Source of the DNA: Phoronis australis
Taxonomy: Eukaryota; Animalia; Phoronida
Reading direction: 5' to 3'
DNA: 64,000 bases
Assembly: GCA_002633005.1 (NCBI GenBank)
Contig: NMRA01000526.1
Location: 112,032-176,031 of the forward strand
In this document: in pieces, positions 50,301-63,118 of the stretch
How positions within the stretch are numbered: the first letter of the stretch is position 1
How the letters are laid out: the number at the start of each line of letters is the position of its first letter
Program-made: the position numbers and the translations under genes
Notes under the pieces: generated by a model
The model's input: only the letters and a program-made list of their open reading frames with translations
What the model was told of the DNA's origin: nothing
Database searches by the model: none

Positions 50301-51690
50301 AAAGGCTCACCAGGAACTCAATTTCTAGGAAAGTTTACTTTTATACGATTTTATACAAATTTTATTCATTATTTTCAAAGTGAATTATTGTTAGTATATT
50401 ATTTTGTTGGACAGTAAATAAAATTATGTCATGCTGTCATACTTTAATGCATAACCAAGAGTAAACAACAAATCGCTTTTAAATTGTTTTCAGTTATTTC
50501 ACTATGTACTTAGGCAGGCATTCAAGGTCACATGTAGAGGTCATCATAGTGGAGAACTTGTATTCCAGGTTTGGGATGTGAAGTTCCCATCTGCATTGAA
50601 CCCGGCTTCTTCGAGTGGCTTGGTTGGCACCAGGATCGTCTTCCTAAATTTTTTACTCCAGATGAACTAAAGAGTCATGGTTACAATGTCAACACAGCCT
50701 ATAAAAGTTTCCAATCTGTCTCTCAGTACAACTTCGATGAGACATCTCATCAGTGCTATCACAGAATGCACAACATTGTCAAACACCTTTTGAAAGTCCA
50801 TCAAAAGAGCAGTAAGTACATGCCAGTTATGATTTTTCTATACTCTTTTTTTCAATGGTAAAATGGTAAGATGTTTTCAATTTAGGACACAGTTTGGCAA
50901 AAAAGTGAATTTTTTAAAATTCTGATATCATTTTCAAATTGTAAACCATAGCTAACAGGGAGTGTTTTGACAACTTGACTCTTAGGAGGTAAGGCAAATA
51001 AAAAAATTTAATTAGTAATTATTTTTGTCTGAAAGCAGTGATATTTTACCTTATGTTGTTTAATACATAGTCCAAATTCTTTTAAATTGTCATTAAAGAG
51101 AATTTAAGGCATCTTGAGATTCTGCAATTGGCAACTTTCGCATAATTTACGCTTAATCATGTACTTTTAAAAGATCAGTCAACCTTGTATTAGAAAGATA
51201 AGAAATGTTAGGATTCTATGTGTAATACTTTGCTGTCAAGGTTTTCAACTTAGCCAACCTTTTAAGAGCTATACATTCAATCGTCACATAATATTCCTAT
51301 GAGATGTCCAAACTGGAACATTATGCTGAGTTGACTTTTCTGCATTATGCTGTATCCTGATGTTGGCACAACACTCAAGACTGGTGCCCTGTGTACTTCT
51401 GCTAACAAATCAAGTTTCCGTCATATTTTTCAGGTGGTAGCATTCTCATCATTGGCCATGCTGCAAATCTCGACTGCTGTACGCGTCAGTTAGTCGGGCG
51501 TGAGCCCCGCCCTTCAGACCTGTTCTCCAGCATCGTTCGTCAGATCCCATATTGTGGTTTGGCCATGTGTGAGACAGAATCATCTGACAAGTGGAAGCTG
51601 GTAGAGCCCCCAGTTCAAGCACCTACTCACTGTAACAACAGGAAATTTGACTACACATGTCTCACTAAAGAGGATGGGTTTCGGAGATAA
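32400..51690 (+). CDS. UBASH3: UBASH3/Sts family protein (UBA, 2H phosphoesterase, SH3, histidine phosphatase), 618 aa, 12 exons
   Basis: Exons 32400-32536, 36198-36251, 40812-40998, 42751-42943, 44701-44870, 46427-46635, 46913-46991, 47747-47855, 49301-49426, 49989-50081, 50569-50811, 51434-51690; all GT-AG, total 1857 nt. UBA LLQMGF..KAIAATG..ASDWLLSH; 2H motifs PHITL and LHVTL; SH3 DELDL..DGWFVG..GVLPG; phosphatase VVRHGERVD, SPALRCVQTA, IEPGFFEW, IGHA. Confidence 0.95.
32740..33530. mobile_element. Cluster of tRNA-derived (SINE-like) modules in alternating orientation
   Basis: Module tagctgaggggttagcacgct..ggttcgattcccgggtcgggtaatctc (A/B-box-like) at 33368-33437. Further copies at 33107-33154 (+), 33066-33110 (-), 32742-32860 (-) and 33452-33520 (-). 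A shared body (cacctgtgttgtggt.gtaaaggtaccaaggg) occurs at 33180-33213 (+) and 32880-32925 (-). Confidence 0.75.
33570..33900 (+). mobile_element. 3' end of a CR1/L2-type LINE
   Basis: LLQQFNWRLLANRRGDMFYKFVCGII...FSPFTIRLWNNL matches the L.W..L..RR...FYK...SFFP.TIR.WN.L C-terminus of CR1/L2-group ORF2. Confidence 0.75.
38294..38437 (-). mobile_element. ~140-bp hAT-like MITE, family copy 2
   Basis: catgggc...gcccatg TIRs; reverse complement aligns with 13263-13388. Confidence 0.8.
38901..39890. mobile_element. hAT-like non-autonomous element (~990 bp) containing a tRNA-like segment
   Basis: TIR CAGTGGCGGATGTAGG vs reverse complement of the end CATAGGCGGATTTAGG, with G/C-run subterminal motifs. 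Minus-strand ggttgtgcagtggtaaagcac...ggtcgtgagttcgagtc at 39164-39218. Confidence 0.7.
41319..41426 (+). repeat. Two adjacent short tandem duplications
   Basis: acagtgaaacatatc.gggg twice, then ggggtactgcc.tttgcatta.atctgg..ttgagacagatg twice. Confidence 0.8.
43372..43598. mobile_element. Foldback MITE / long hairpin in UBASH3 intron 4
   Basis: aaaacatcaccattgtcaagctttattcagagaatgcat...gctacag / ctgtagtc...atgcattctctggataaagcttgacaatggtagatgtttt; outer arms tttctaaaa / ttttagaaa. Confidence 0.85.
44540..44592 (+). repeat. Dispersed repeat family core (other copies ~48437-48485 +, ~52258-52310 +, ~59240-59300 -)
   Basis: Shared core aaatttcacttgtc..ccatattgtgtcctaaa.tg seen four times in this window. 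Confidence 0.65.
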
Positions 51691-54529
51691 GTCAGGGAAA
51701 CTGAAACCTAAGCTTTAAAGTGGCATTTGAAGGCTAAGTCCTTATCATTGTGAATTTATGGCGTAACAAGTTATTGTGATGATCTGAATGATAAGTGATA
51801 TTCAATTTTTTTTAAGAAATAGGTTTAGGGGCAAATATGATTCCCACAAAATATCAACCTGTGTCCTGTATGTACCATGACGTTGTGTTGGGGATTGACA
51901 CTGTGCAATGCAGCTAACATGTTCCAATGATCTGCGTTTTTAGTGCAAAAGTGGTCATTTAGTCGATTTTTCTATTTTCACATTTTCTATCTGTGGATAC
52001 TGTTGCACATTGTTTGGCATAGGATGTTAAAATAACATAACACTTACTGTAAAAACTCACCAATTTCAGAGTCTGAAAGGGAATTCCCTAAATCTGCCTT
52101 TTTTCAAGGGCTTCAAACATTGTAACGTAAGGTTGTAAATTCCTACAATTTTGTATAACTTTGTTTGACGGTAGTTATGGTATGAATATTGAACATCGAA
52201 TGTCATTTAATTTCTTGGTGCTACATATGTTCCGTGGAAAAAATCATCACGATGAAACAAAATTTCACTTGTCGTCCATATTGTGTCCTAAATTGGTGAA
52301 ATTTTGCCGTATTGTGCAGTTCATGTATTTGTATGAGCACTTTAGATAGCAATTTATGTGATCCTGCATGGAATGGAATGTGTTAGCTTGCACAAGTTAA
52401 CATTTTTGTTAAACATTTACCTTGCTGCAGCTGGTGCGAGACATTTACAGTAATCTCTCTTCAAACATTACGCAAAAACTTCAAAAGTCGCATTTTTTCC
52501 ACTTTACGAAGTCAGATTACACCATCAAAGCCCCATGCTGACCATCTTTGAAAACTATTTTTTGGTTCGTGTTTCAGGGTAAACCCTTTTTCGATTATTT
52601 AATGCAGAAAGTTATAGGTAAGCGTTCTTATAAATTACACAGTAATAGAACTATGGAGTGAATGGAGTTTATCAATTTCTTCAATAGCATTATTCATCAG
52701 CGCTAACTAAGTTCATTGAATTTTGCGATTTAAGCTTGACCAATTAGCTTTGCATGGGTCTTTAGTTAAAAATGTTCAAAATTTCACAAAAGCTTTTTTT
52801 ATGTCAACCATTCAGTTCAAACTATCCCAATTATCAAGTTGGTTTTTTCATCGTTTAATTTTTGCTGGGAAAATTATATTCCACATGTCAGTCGTATTGT
52901 GTACTAATTTGAAAACCATATTTATAGTAACAACGACAGGAACATTTGATTGTTATGTATTTTAAAATCCTAACTAATTTAACTTGATTTTTACAACTTG
53001 AATGCTCCAAGAGCAAACTGAGTATTTCTGTGCACAGTTGGTGTCTTGCAAACTGTTTCCCACCGCTTTTACATAATGTGTCTTAATGTTCAGATTATTT
53101 TTGATCATCTCTTGTTGGAACAATGTGCAGAATTTTTTTTAGGAATACTCCAACCTCACAAATCCTGAAAAACAAGTTTTTTGATTTATTTAGAAGTCAA
53201 GAGTACGGAATTGCTTTGCATGTATTTTTGGTTCTGTAATTTATGTATTTTCAGACACAAAATGACTTTGGAAACAACGTTGTAAAGTTTCTTCAAGAAT
53301 ATCATATCTCGCCATCCAAATGGGGCCTAATGTGGTTTTTGTCTAGTCATTTTGTCTCCAATGCACCCTTCTGTATGATTTATGGAAAAACTGGACCCTT
53401 GCTTGTTTTTCACCCAAGAAGTTACTCTGTGTTCTAGTACATTCTAGGCTACATTCCATAAAGCGATTTTCTTGCGAGTTTGGTGAAATCTCGCAGGATC
53501 ACGTTAGTGGAAGGTAAGCGTTTCATTTGTATCTAAGTGTCAACCACAGAGGTGATTGGTCAGCAAAGCTGGAGTGTAGAATTATGGGAAGAAACTCATG
53601 ACTTCCTTTCCATAAGCCAAGATATCTTGACAGAAGTGCCTCAAAGTGTTTTTGGGCTGCAGAACACAAACCTGTTAACCTGTCAATCAGAGTACCCATT
53701 GATCCTATGGGTCTTAAATAGGCAAGAGTTCAATTGGGTATTTATTCACTACTTGCACGAATTTGCCATTATACTTGAAAACGAGGTGTTATTTCCTAGC
53801 TACAATGGTTCTTCATGTTTGGAATGGGCGCTTTCACATTTGCATTGTTAAAATTGATGCTAAAATGAGGAGTTGTGTCCTAAACAACAAATCATTTTTG
53901 TAGCGCCACCAAGTGTGCAAGTAGTGAATTATTTGGTGCTGACAAAATACTGTTGGAGTAAAGTTGTTTTGTGTCTGGAAAATGTACTCCTTTTTCTTTT
54001 AATTGTGTTCTCACAGCGGGTCTTTGAGAGAATTTTTATTATTAGTTTATGGTATAGACAGATGGCAATTGTACTTAAATTTGTTCTGTGATTTTATCAT
54101 GAATTCAAATTATGTACTGTGAATAATTATGTTTTATGGTAACTAATATCTAATATTATATTACATTATATTACCTTGTTTTATTACAAGATATTACTAA
54201 GAAAGATCAGAGGGTAAATTTTTGCTCAGAGGCACTGGTTGAAATATATTTACGTGTATGTACCAGGAATGTTTACACAGTTTACTGTGCTTATGAGCAC
54301 ATGTGGAATTGTCCACTTTTTCCTTCTTCATTACAGTTTTTCCATTATTGTATGAAACCGTGGTACTTATTTACTTAATCAGATAAATGTTTCAGGTTCA
54401 ACTTGTTAGGTTTTGTTGAGTTTTTTAAGAAAATACCAGCTTCAGAAACAATATTTATGGTTTTAGTATTTATTTATAATTGGAAGAAGACATTGACATA
54501 ATAGATAATAGAAATAAGTTCTTCTTGTA

Positions 54530-54722
54530 GACCGTATTCACGCAGTCGCCATTTTAATAGTGAGCCTCTTTTTAGGTTTAAAAAACAATGCATTTGAGAC
54601 ATAAATATTAGGAGGCATGCAAAAAAATCACACTTTGCACAGTGATTAAGCGGAGAATGCATTGTTTTTAAAACCTACAAAGAGGCTCACTTTTAAAATG
54701 AAGACTGTGTGAATAAGGTGTA
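54530..54722. mobile_element. MITE with ~60-bp TIRs
   Basis: tattcacgcagtcgccattttaatagtgagcctctttttaggtttaaaaaacaatgcatt / aatgcattgtttttaaaacctacaaagaggctcacttttaaaatgaagactgtgtgaata. Confidence 0.85.
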
Positions 54723-55114
54723 TTGCTCAATTTTGTAAACAATGAGTTACAAGAGCATAGATGTTTCTGATACTTTAACAAAGTAACAAGTTTAATTTGA
54801 AATTTGCCTGCTGCTGTTGTGTTTACTCCCTTGTTTATGACTTCCTATGAATTTACATTGTGCATTCATTTTTTATAAATAAATTTGTTACATTAACAGG
54901 ACTACCTAGTGACCTAGTGTGATTTTCTTGAACTAGGGTAGCGTTGGGTTGGTGCTCAGTGAACCAACCTCTACAGGGGGGGGGGGGCAGTGTAGTATCT
55001 CTCTGGTATAAATACACTAACTTCATTTCCTGCAAGCTGCAATTCTTTTCGCTTATGCTGGGATTCTGTGCATCTCTTCTCAACAACTGCATATATTCCC
55101 CTTATACAGACTTG

Positions 55115-56097
55115 AATTGATAACCACGTGGTTTATACTAGGTATTTAGCCCCCCTCCCCCTCCCCCCATATAGGCCATGGAGAGCCACAATTTAGTAAA
55201 AGTATGTAGTTTTAGGAGTGTCAAACAAACGACACTTTAAGACGCACTTTATTTCAGCACTCAATTTTGGCTTACTCGCTGGAACCATAAACTCCCTTAA
55301 CCACACATTGTCGTCCTATTACCGAAAAAATCACGCCCGGGTTTATATTTGGCGTACTAGAAATGTGAAAATATGTCCTGGGACTTACTACAAGAAATTT
55401 CTGGTTTTTCCAAGCGAGACTGTTTCCATTCTGGAATGCAGATTATTGGATAAGAAATGTGAAGCTCGTAAGAAAGGAATTGTGTTCAGAAAGAAACGGC
55501 ACTGTTAATGAGAAGGCCCTCATTTTTCAGGAAGGCACTTGGACGAAGGTAATATTAGTACCGGGAATTTCCGAAAATAGGCCCATGGGCGGACATGCGG
55601 AAAACCACGTTTTAAGAACGTCAAGTGAAACTGTATATGATACGCCTGGGCGTATGTTTTGTTCACTGTTGAAAATAAACACGTCGTTTTAATGTGTGTA
55701 GTTGTATCTCACCACTAAGAATTTTATTTGTCTATACTTATTTCGCATTCAGCTAACACAGTGCGTTAAAATGGTCCTTCATATTCGTGCTAATAAGTAA
55801 TTACTGACGAAGACACAAGGAAGGCGCTATCCCAAAATATTGTCGAAATAATCACATTGTTACATCAAAACATGTTACATTGACATTTTAGAACAAAACG
55901 GCACCAGATTTTCAAAGCATGCAAACTACCACCGTACTTTTGGAAATTTTTCCGAAAATATGCCAGTGGGCCTATTTCGGAAAATCTCGGTAAGGCACAA
56001 TAAGACCTTGCGTAAAATATTTTTGTTTCACCTTGCCATACCTACACTTATAAGACGGGTAAGTTAGCTGAGTATTTAACACACGTGTGGTCAATTA
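55115..56097. mobile_element. Old ~1-kb TIR element with an internal inverted repeat
   Basis: Ends aattgataaccacgtggtttatact / agtatttaacacacgtgtggtcaatt; inner IR taccgggaatttccgaaaataggccca (55559) / tgggcctatttcggaaaatctcggta (55967-55992). Confidence 0.55.
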
Positions 56098-56639
56098 AAT
56101 GTTTTGATTTTACGAAAAGTATTTTTTCTTTAGATTACAAACAAAATATTTTGAGTTGTGCATATCAGTGTTGTCCAAACGGTTGAGCTGGGGAAAAAGT
56201 CTATAGGTCTATAGTTTTAGTAAACCCGTTACTTTTACCTTTACAAAATCGGTCTTTTATTTTGTTTCTCACTCATAATATTACCATTTGTCGTGTGTGT
56301 ATAAGGCGGTTATATCCAAATGCAAAACGCCACTTCCCTGAAAAACACGTTCACTGGTCACTCGTCCTCGTGTTTTTGACTGTCTTAGAACTTTTCACTT
56401 AACAGCTATTTTTTAATTGTTAAACTGAAGACTCACGCGTTAACGACTACCACGGAAATTGATAAATCCCGTTTTACTTATTATCGACTTTTCCTTGCTT
56501 TAGGACTGAATTGTTTTACTGAAGTGTTTTACTACCTAATTGTGGATATTATAAGGACAGCATAGGAGCTTAACTATTCATATCGCACACCAATAATTGC
56601 CGTGTAAGAAAGAATCTGTTCGTACTGGGAAGAGTGTCA

Positions 56640-56750
56640 GTTCGGTCTGGGTTTCATAGCCGACAGGTGTCGCTATAATGCCGGAAATTACCAAGAATTG
56701 GAAGTCTGAAGTCTGGTAGTGAAAGACAGCTACACAGGCCTACAGGGTAT
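56640..56750 (+). promoter_or_regulatory. Putative MTG2 promoter and non-coding first exon
   Basis: CpG-containing patch with CCGGAAAT and GGAAGT (ETS-like) and a donor CAGG|GTATTT at 56747. The MTG2 ATG lies 3 nt after an acceptor (57594-57595), so an upstream UTR exon is expected. Confidence 0.4.
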
Positions 56751-56989
56751 TTCGGTTTAACAGGCAACATATCATGTTAAGCAGTTTGAAATGTTACAAA
56801 AAGACACATTATCTTCTTTCACACTCGAAGTATTCCGAAGGGGTTCTCATTAATTCCCGTGCATTCATTCATTTATGCACTAAATAACGGGCCCATTGAC
56901 GCTATTCACTTTCAGTAATTGCTGGTTCTCTAAATCAGGGACCGCTATCCGGTCAGGGCCCCTCTGACTTGAATAGATGCATTTTATTA

Positions 56990-57115
56990 AAACGGGCAGT
57001 GATCAAAGTCAACAAAATCAAGGGAGCCCCGATCCAGTGGCTTAAGCCTAAACAAGTACAGTACATCAAGGCATGTGCAAGCGGTGGCGATGTGATTGGT
57101 ATACTTCCTACCAAG
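56990..57115 (+). pseudogene. RecQ-like SF2 helicase N-terminal fragment, probably transposon-derived
   Basis: LKPKQVQYIKACASGGDVIGILPT matches the LKPxQ..I.A...GxDV...LPTGxGKS motif 0/I of RecQ-like helicases, truncated just before GxGKS. Confidence 0.6.
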
Positions 57116-57598
57116 GCATGCGCATTGAATGATGACCCAGACACAGAATTCCGTGTGTCGTTCATCATATTTCCACACAGCCACTTTTCAGCATAGGTGG
57201 CACTGTGTCGGAGGGTATACATTCATTCACTCACTATTAAAACTGAGCTCAGAGGAGTAAGACTCAGAGAGACAATTTACCCCAGGTCTCCCAAAACGAG
57301 AGTTAGTAGCTCAAACCACTGAACCACACTTTAACATTGCAATTGAAAAACTATTTTATAATCTTTATAATCTGTAAGCATTTCCAGTAGCATTTACACA
57401 ACAAAATGGAGTAGTCAACTCAATTTGAACTGCTGGTGTTAAATGGAAGTGTGAGTCCATTTTTGGAACCCTCTCTGACAGGCTAGCTAACAGTCTCACA
57501 GATTGACTCGTGATTCATTGCTGCCAGAAAGAATTTGCAGTCTTCCATTTTGTCTTTATTTGCCAATGTTAATGCTCTTTTGTTTCCACTTGTAGGTT

Positions 57599-60500
57599 AT
57601 GATCAAACTAGTGTCCAGAGTTCCTGGTCTCTGTTCCCACTGCACGTGTCTCCATGGTACTGTAGTCTCACTGACAAGGAATGCCTCTGCCAAAGCGGTT
57701 CGCAAAGTGCGGGTAATTAACAGATCAGAGTCAAACAAGGTATTGCTTACTTGTCTTATATCTAGTGTCCTGAGACCATGGAAGTTTGTCCAAGATTTTA
57801 CTTGCCAATTGTCTAACCATACCTGTTGCATAAAGTTGAAACCTTATTCGAAGCATTCCAAAGTGTCGGTTTTTAAGTTGAGTTACCAATACATTGGAGT
57901 GCTGTTGAGGTCGAGGGGTATGGAGTGCTTATTAGATATGTAGTCAACCCCCACTTCTTGGCCAGGAATGATAAAGGTATATAGGGAACATTTAATGAGA
58001 ACATTTTGCTTTGGGTTTGACAGTCAGTTTAGAGATGCTTATGTGCCAAAATATATTTTTTTAAAGGTGGCACAATGCACATAGTTGGCACAGTGCACAT
58101 AGTTACCAAAATGAAGCCTGGGTCATGTATTTGAGTGTTGACAAATATTAGAATCAGAAGTGTTGAAAAAGTAAAACGGGACACAAACTTCCCCTTGTTA
58201 GAGAACAAAGTTGGTTGAACTGAATTATTGAAATACATTTCCACAAACATTTAGCTAGTGCTCTACATTCTGTTTGATGAAATATTTTTTTGTCAAAAAT
58301 CAATCACTGTTCAGTTGTCCTTTCAGTAAGTAGTGAAACACAGGGTAATTTACTTACATGGTTATGTAAATTTAGTAATTTCCTTTTATCATTAAATTAG
58401 CAGGTCATCATATCAAGCCATTTTCTCTAAACATTATGCTTATTTTTTAGGCCAAGCATTTCGTTGACTTTCGCCGTTGTCGAGTAATAGCCGGATCAGG
58501 AGGTGATGGCAGTGTTTCCTTTCTCAGTTTACCACGAAAGGAGTGGGCAGGACCAGATGGCGGCAATGGCGGAAATGGAGGACACGTGATTTTTAAAGGT
58601 TTAACACGTCTTGGGATTGTTATCAGCTTCTTTGCACTATCACTTGACACTTCATGCTCGAAAGCTGTGGAGTGCTATGTTTTGAATTTTACAGTACGCA
58701 CCAAAAATGATCAGACAAAATGTCCCAGAATTCCCTGTTATGACTACCATCAAGGTAGATAGAATCACCCAGCATGACTGGGCATAATGGTTATTGTCCA
58801 TCGTAACATGAATATGGTATTTTGTCTGATGTTCTGTAGGCATGTTGTATGCACAAGTTCAGGATATGTGTTTCAGTGGCCAGTGTTGTTTCATTGTTAT
58901 TTTATCTTTGTCAGGGGAAATAACTCTGAATTAAGGCAAGTTAATACTTCTACTGCGATTGTGACCTGGATGATTCTCCTATGTTTATCTCGCTTTGTTA
59001 CTGTCAAGTTTTAGGGTTCTAAAAGTCGTGAAATATTCATTTTAAGTTGTTTACCATCTAACATCATTAGCGTTTTGTTCTTTCGCCATGGTAAGATATG
59101 ATTTGCACTCCTATGGAAAACTAAAATACAGCGTTACTATTGACGAAATAGCTTCAGAATTTTGATATTAATAACAATGATCTGTTTGTACCTTTTAATA
59201 ATGTTATACCCAATCATGTAGAGTATCCTGGAACCTATGGTAAAAATTCTTCAGTTTGGGACACAATATGGTGGACAGGTTAAATTTCATTTTGTCAAAA
59301 TTTCCCAAGAAACAGAATTTTTCAGGAAAATGTACTTTGCTTTTAGCATGGTTTTTGTATGATGTAGCTACTAACAAACAACATTTGGTAACATTTTGAG
59401 AATTTGCAACAATTTTCCAAGAAAAATATAAATGTGGCAATTAGAGCAATCATTCTTGTCCCAAACTGAAGAATTTTTGCTGTTATCTCTTGTGTCATTT
59501 ACGCTATACAAACATTGGAGCTGTTTGTGCCGACTTGGTGCCCATATGTGTTTGCCTTTTGGCTAACAGCTGCAATGGAAATCAGGGGAGTAATTGTGCC
59601 AGAGTAGACACCATTGACACAAATGGCATGGAAATTAGAAACATCAAACAAACTTGTAGGAATGACGTTTGCGCCTAACCCCAGTATCGTATAAGGAGTG
59701 GAGTTGTTATATAACAACTTCCATTTGTGCTGGTCTGTTGTTCCTGCACTTACTAGTAGTTTTAGTGTAGTGTAAACGAGATATTAAATTGAAGAGAAAC
59801 ATCGAAAATTCCGTTGGCCTATTTTGCTTATTTTAATGCATTGCTTTTTATCTCACAGCCGACTCCAATGTGAAATCCCTCGAGCACTTGCCTCCCACAA
59901 TACAGGGTAACAATGGAGTTGACGGGAAGGGAAAGTGTTGCCATGGGAAGAGTGCTAGTCACACAGAAATTATGGTGAGATGCAGGGTCTTTTGAAGTAT
60001 TTTTTCTTAAATTCTGTTTCTTTGTCAATTTGTCCTCTCTTTGAAAAATAGCAATGTGCAAGGTTCAAAAATTCATGAGGACCCTTTATCTTAGTTTGAA
60101 TTTGTTTTTTTTTGCATATTTTACGTGAATTTTGGTGCTTAGCAACTGCCTTTGGTGAGTTTTGATGGCAAATACGCTACACAATTGAATTAGACAACGA
60201 AGCACTAAGAAACAGGTCTCAATTTACAAGATTCTTTGAGCTTAGGAATAACTGCCACGTCATTGCTGCTGAAGAGTGAACGTGTTACATTGGATTTAAC
60301 AGGCTCATCACTGTATGCACTAAATAGAAATAGGGTGGGGGTGGAAATAGGCTAAAATGGTGACTGAATTGGACTAACTGGTTGGAAACTTTAAAATTAA
60401 AATTCCAGGGAGTGCTGATAAATGGTGATTTGTTTCAGGTACCTATTGGGACTGTCTTTCGAGACGATGAGCGCATTGTTCTTGCTGATTTGAAAAACCA

Positions 60501-60660
60501 AGACGACATGTTCGTTGGTGCTCGTGGTGGTGCTGGCGGCAATGGCAACCATTTTTATTTGTCCAATGAGAACCGAGCACCAGCTTATGCGGAAAATGGG
60601 GCCCAGGGAGAGGACAAACGGCTCTGCATCGAACTTAGAATAATGGCTCATGCTGGACTG
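57599..60660 (+). CDS. MTG2: Mitochondrial ribosome-associated GTPase 2 (Obg family), first four coding exons; G domain lies beyond the window
   Basis: Exons 57599-57739, 58451-58598, 59859-59974 and 60439-60660 (GT-AG, in phase). Basic mitochondrial-targeting-like N-terminus, then HFVDFRR..GSGGDG..PRKEWAGPDGGNGGNGGHV..VKSL..VPIGT..GARGGAGGNGNHFYLSNENRAP..ELRIMAHAGL (Obg fold). Confidence 0.93.
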
Positions 60661-60764
60661 GTAAGTTGGTGTTGAAAAATTTTACAATATGAATTTTTAT
60701 CAACCATCTTTATCTCATCATGTCTTTCACGTGACTATATAGAAATTGTAATTGCCTGCGAGTG

Positions 60765-61745
60765 CATGGCATATAGGCATCTATTAGTGAGATGACGCTA
60801 TCCTCTTGTTTTTAGATGGATTTGACTTACTTTGCATCATCTAGTGGCCATTTTTGCTGTTTTCGAGTCCACCCCTCTATCAACCACACCGCTCTATGGA
60901 TGATTGTGAAAATTAGGCTAAAGCATGTAATACTATCTTCTTACTATGAAGAGGATGGCTGAGGATGATTTTTCGACGATTTCGACTACTGTGGCGCCTC
61001 CTAGTGGCAGTTTTGTTTTTTTAAGACCATGGCTGTATCTCCTAAATCGTTTGCAGGATCTTTACTAAATTTAGCAAGTGTATTTACATGATTTTGTCAA
61101 CAGATGATGACAGCTTTCAGACGGATCTGACTACCGGTGTGCCCCCTAGTGGCAATTTTAGTTTTTTACATTTACCTCTGTATCTTCAAAGGTCCTCTAC
61201 CTATTTCCATAAAAATTGGCATATAGGCATATATTAGTGAGATGAGGCTATCCTCCCGTTTTTGGATGGATTCGATGTAGTTAGCGCCACCTAGTGGCTA
61301 TTTTTTACTGTATTTGAGTTTTTTTAGTGTCCACCCCTCGATCAACCAAACCATTTTAAGGATGATTTTGAAAATTGGCTTATATATTCTCAGTGCGAAG
61401 AGGACGGTTGACGATGACGACTTCGATTACTGTGGCGCCTCCTAGTGGTAATTTTATTTTGGTTTGCGGCTCTAGCTGCATCACCTAAACCCACTGCAGG
61501 GTCTTTATTAAATCTAGTAATTGTATTTATATGAAGCTAACAACAGACGATGACGTCTTTCAGGCGTATCCAACCAACGCTGTGCCTCACAGTGGCAATT
61601 TCATTTTTTCCGTTTTCCTTTGTTTCTTTGAAGTTCTTTGACAGATTTTTATGAAATTTGGTAAACAGCTTTCTTTTAAAGAAGCGATGGCATGTTCCCG
61701 TTTTCCGATGGATTGGATGCTTTTGCAACATGTAGTGGCCCTTTT
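60765..61745 (+). repeat. Tandem array of ~145-160-bp units with a ~450-bp three-unit higher-order period; each unit has a CTCF-like motif
   Basis: CTAGTGG(C) cores at 60841, 61001, 61146, 61291, 61442 and degenerate ones at ~61589 and ~61732. Units three apart are most alike (60770 vs 61219; 60865 vs 61329; 61031 vs 61474). Confidence 0.85.
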
Positions 61746-63118
61746 TATGAAACAAATAAACAACCCTAGAAGAACACCATTTGCGGTGCATTCGTGGGAG
61801 CATTTCAAACACTCAGCATTGCTCTTATTTTTTATCTTTGTCTCATAAAGAGACCTGATTTCATCTAAAGCAGGTTTTATCAGTTGATCATGAAGTGTTT
61901 GAATTACTTGAGACAATTTGAAGACATTTTAATTAGGTCTGAGTCTCTGTGCTCACTGCCCACGCAGTCAAGCAAATTAACAGGTAGCTGGGCAGTGGCA
62001 CCTAGAGGTCTGAAGCCCAAAGTTTTTTTGAGTTAATTTCTTTGTTTTTTCGTTCAAAGATGTGCTGTCTCTTGCAATGAATTTTGAAATCCATAGAGGA
62101 TTTGCAGCCATTTCAATTAAAAAAGATTGTAGAAGTAAGATAGGGTTCACAAACCAGAACTAGTCTCAGTTGTTGTGAAAGATGCACATAACACCTGGCT
62201 GGTTCTGCGCCAAAGTGATAGATGGCGTGCACTTGCCTGTTTAAGCCACGAATTTGACTGGATTCTGTAACACTGTTGTTACATGGCTGTGGCTTAGTGC
62301 TGTTGGTGACCTTTAATCTTATTGCCCAAGAACACCTATCAAGGTGCAAGACAGCTGGGTCAAATTTTAAGGATATATTCTGAGCAATGAAGAGGCACTA
62401 GTGCATGCAAACAGTGTTGACATCTCCACACATTATCTAGGTCCTTATCAACCAGTTTGTACATTAAGCCAAATATCTACAAAACTATAGACTTAATTAC
62501 TAAAAATTGGCAAAAGTATAAATTATTTTCTGATGGTAGGAATTCTGTTAATTTGATTTTTGACTTCATACCAATCTACCATTTATTAGGTCATTTATAA
62601 GAACCTAACTTTTTTAGGAAAATTTAGCAAAATAGAAACTGGTGTATTTATAGCAAAACAACAGGATCAACAAGTAAGGATGACCAAATTTTATGTTATA
62701 TAAATGTTCAAAATAAAATCACGAAATCTCTATGACAGTTTTCTAAATTATAGTAAACAGTTTCGTTTTCATTTCATGTAACTTTAAAATTGTTCTTAAA
62801 AATCGTATATTAAGTCCTATTTCTTGATAGCACCTCATGCAAAAGTGGAACATTTTAAAAATATTATTCCAACCACAAATTTCTTAGAATAGGCCCACCA
62901 AACGTATGCCCATGAGTATATTTTCATTAAATTTTCTGTAATTGTTTGCATGTTTTGAAAATCTGTTAACTAAAGATGCCACTGTGTATTGCTGTCTACT
63001 ATAATCTACCGTTACAAATTCGTATTGCATTTTGTATTGACGTTATTTTGCTTAAATATGATATGTCCACTCTCTCTAAGTGTCTCCATTTTTGACCTGA
63101 ATATGGAATTGCTTATTG

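Noticed and set aside
60765-61745. CRISPR-like repeat-spacer array
   Set aside because: Eukaryotic intron; sequences between the conserved motifs are homologous to each other (satellite), not unique spacers, and there are no cas genes.
62100-62420. Next MTG2 exon
   Set aside because: No frame encodes the expected VGFPNAGKS P-loop; the exon must lie beyond 64000.
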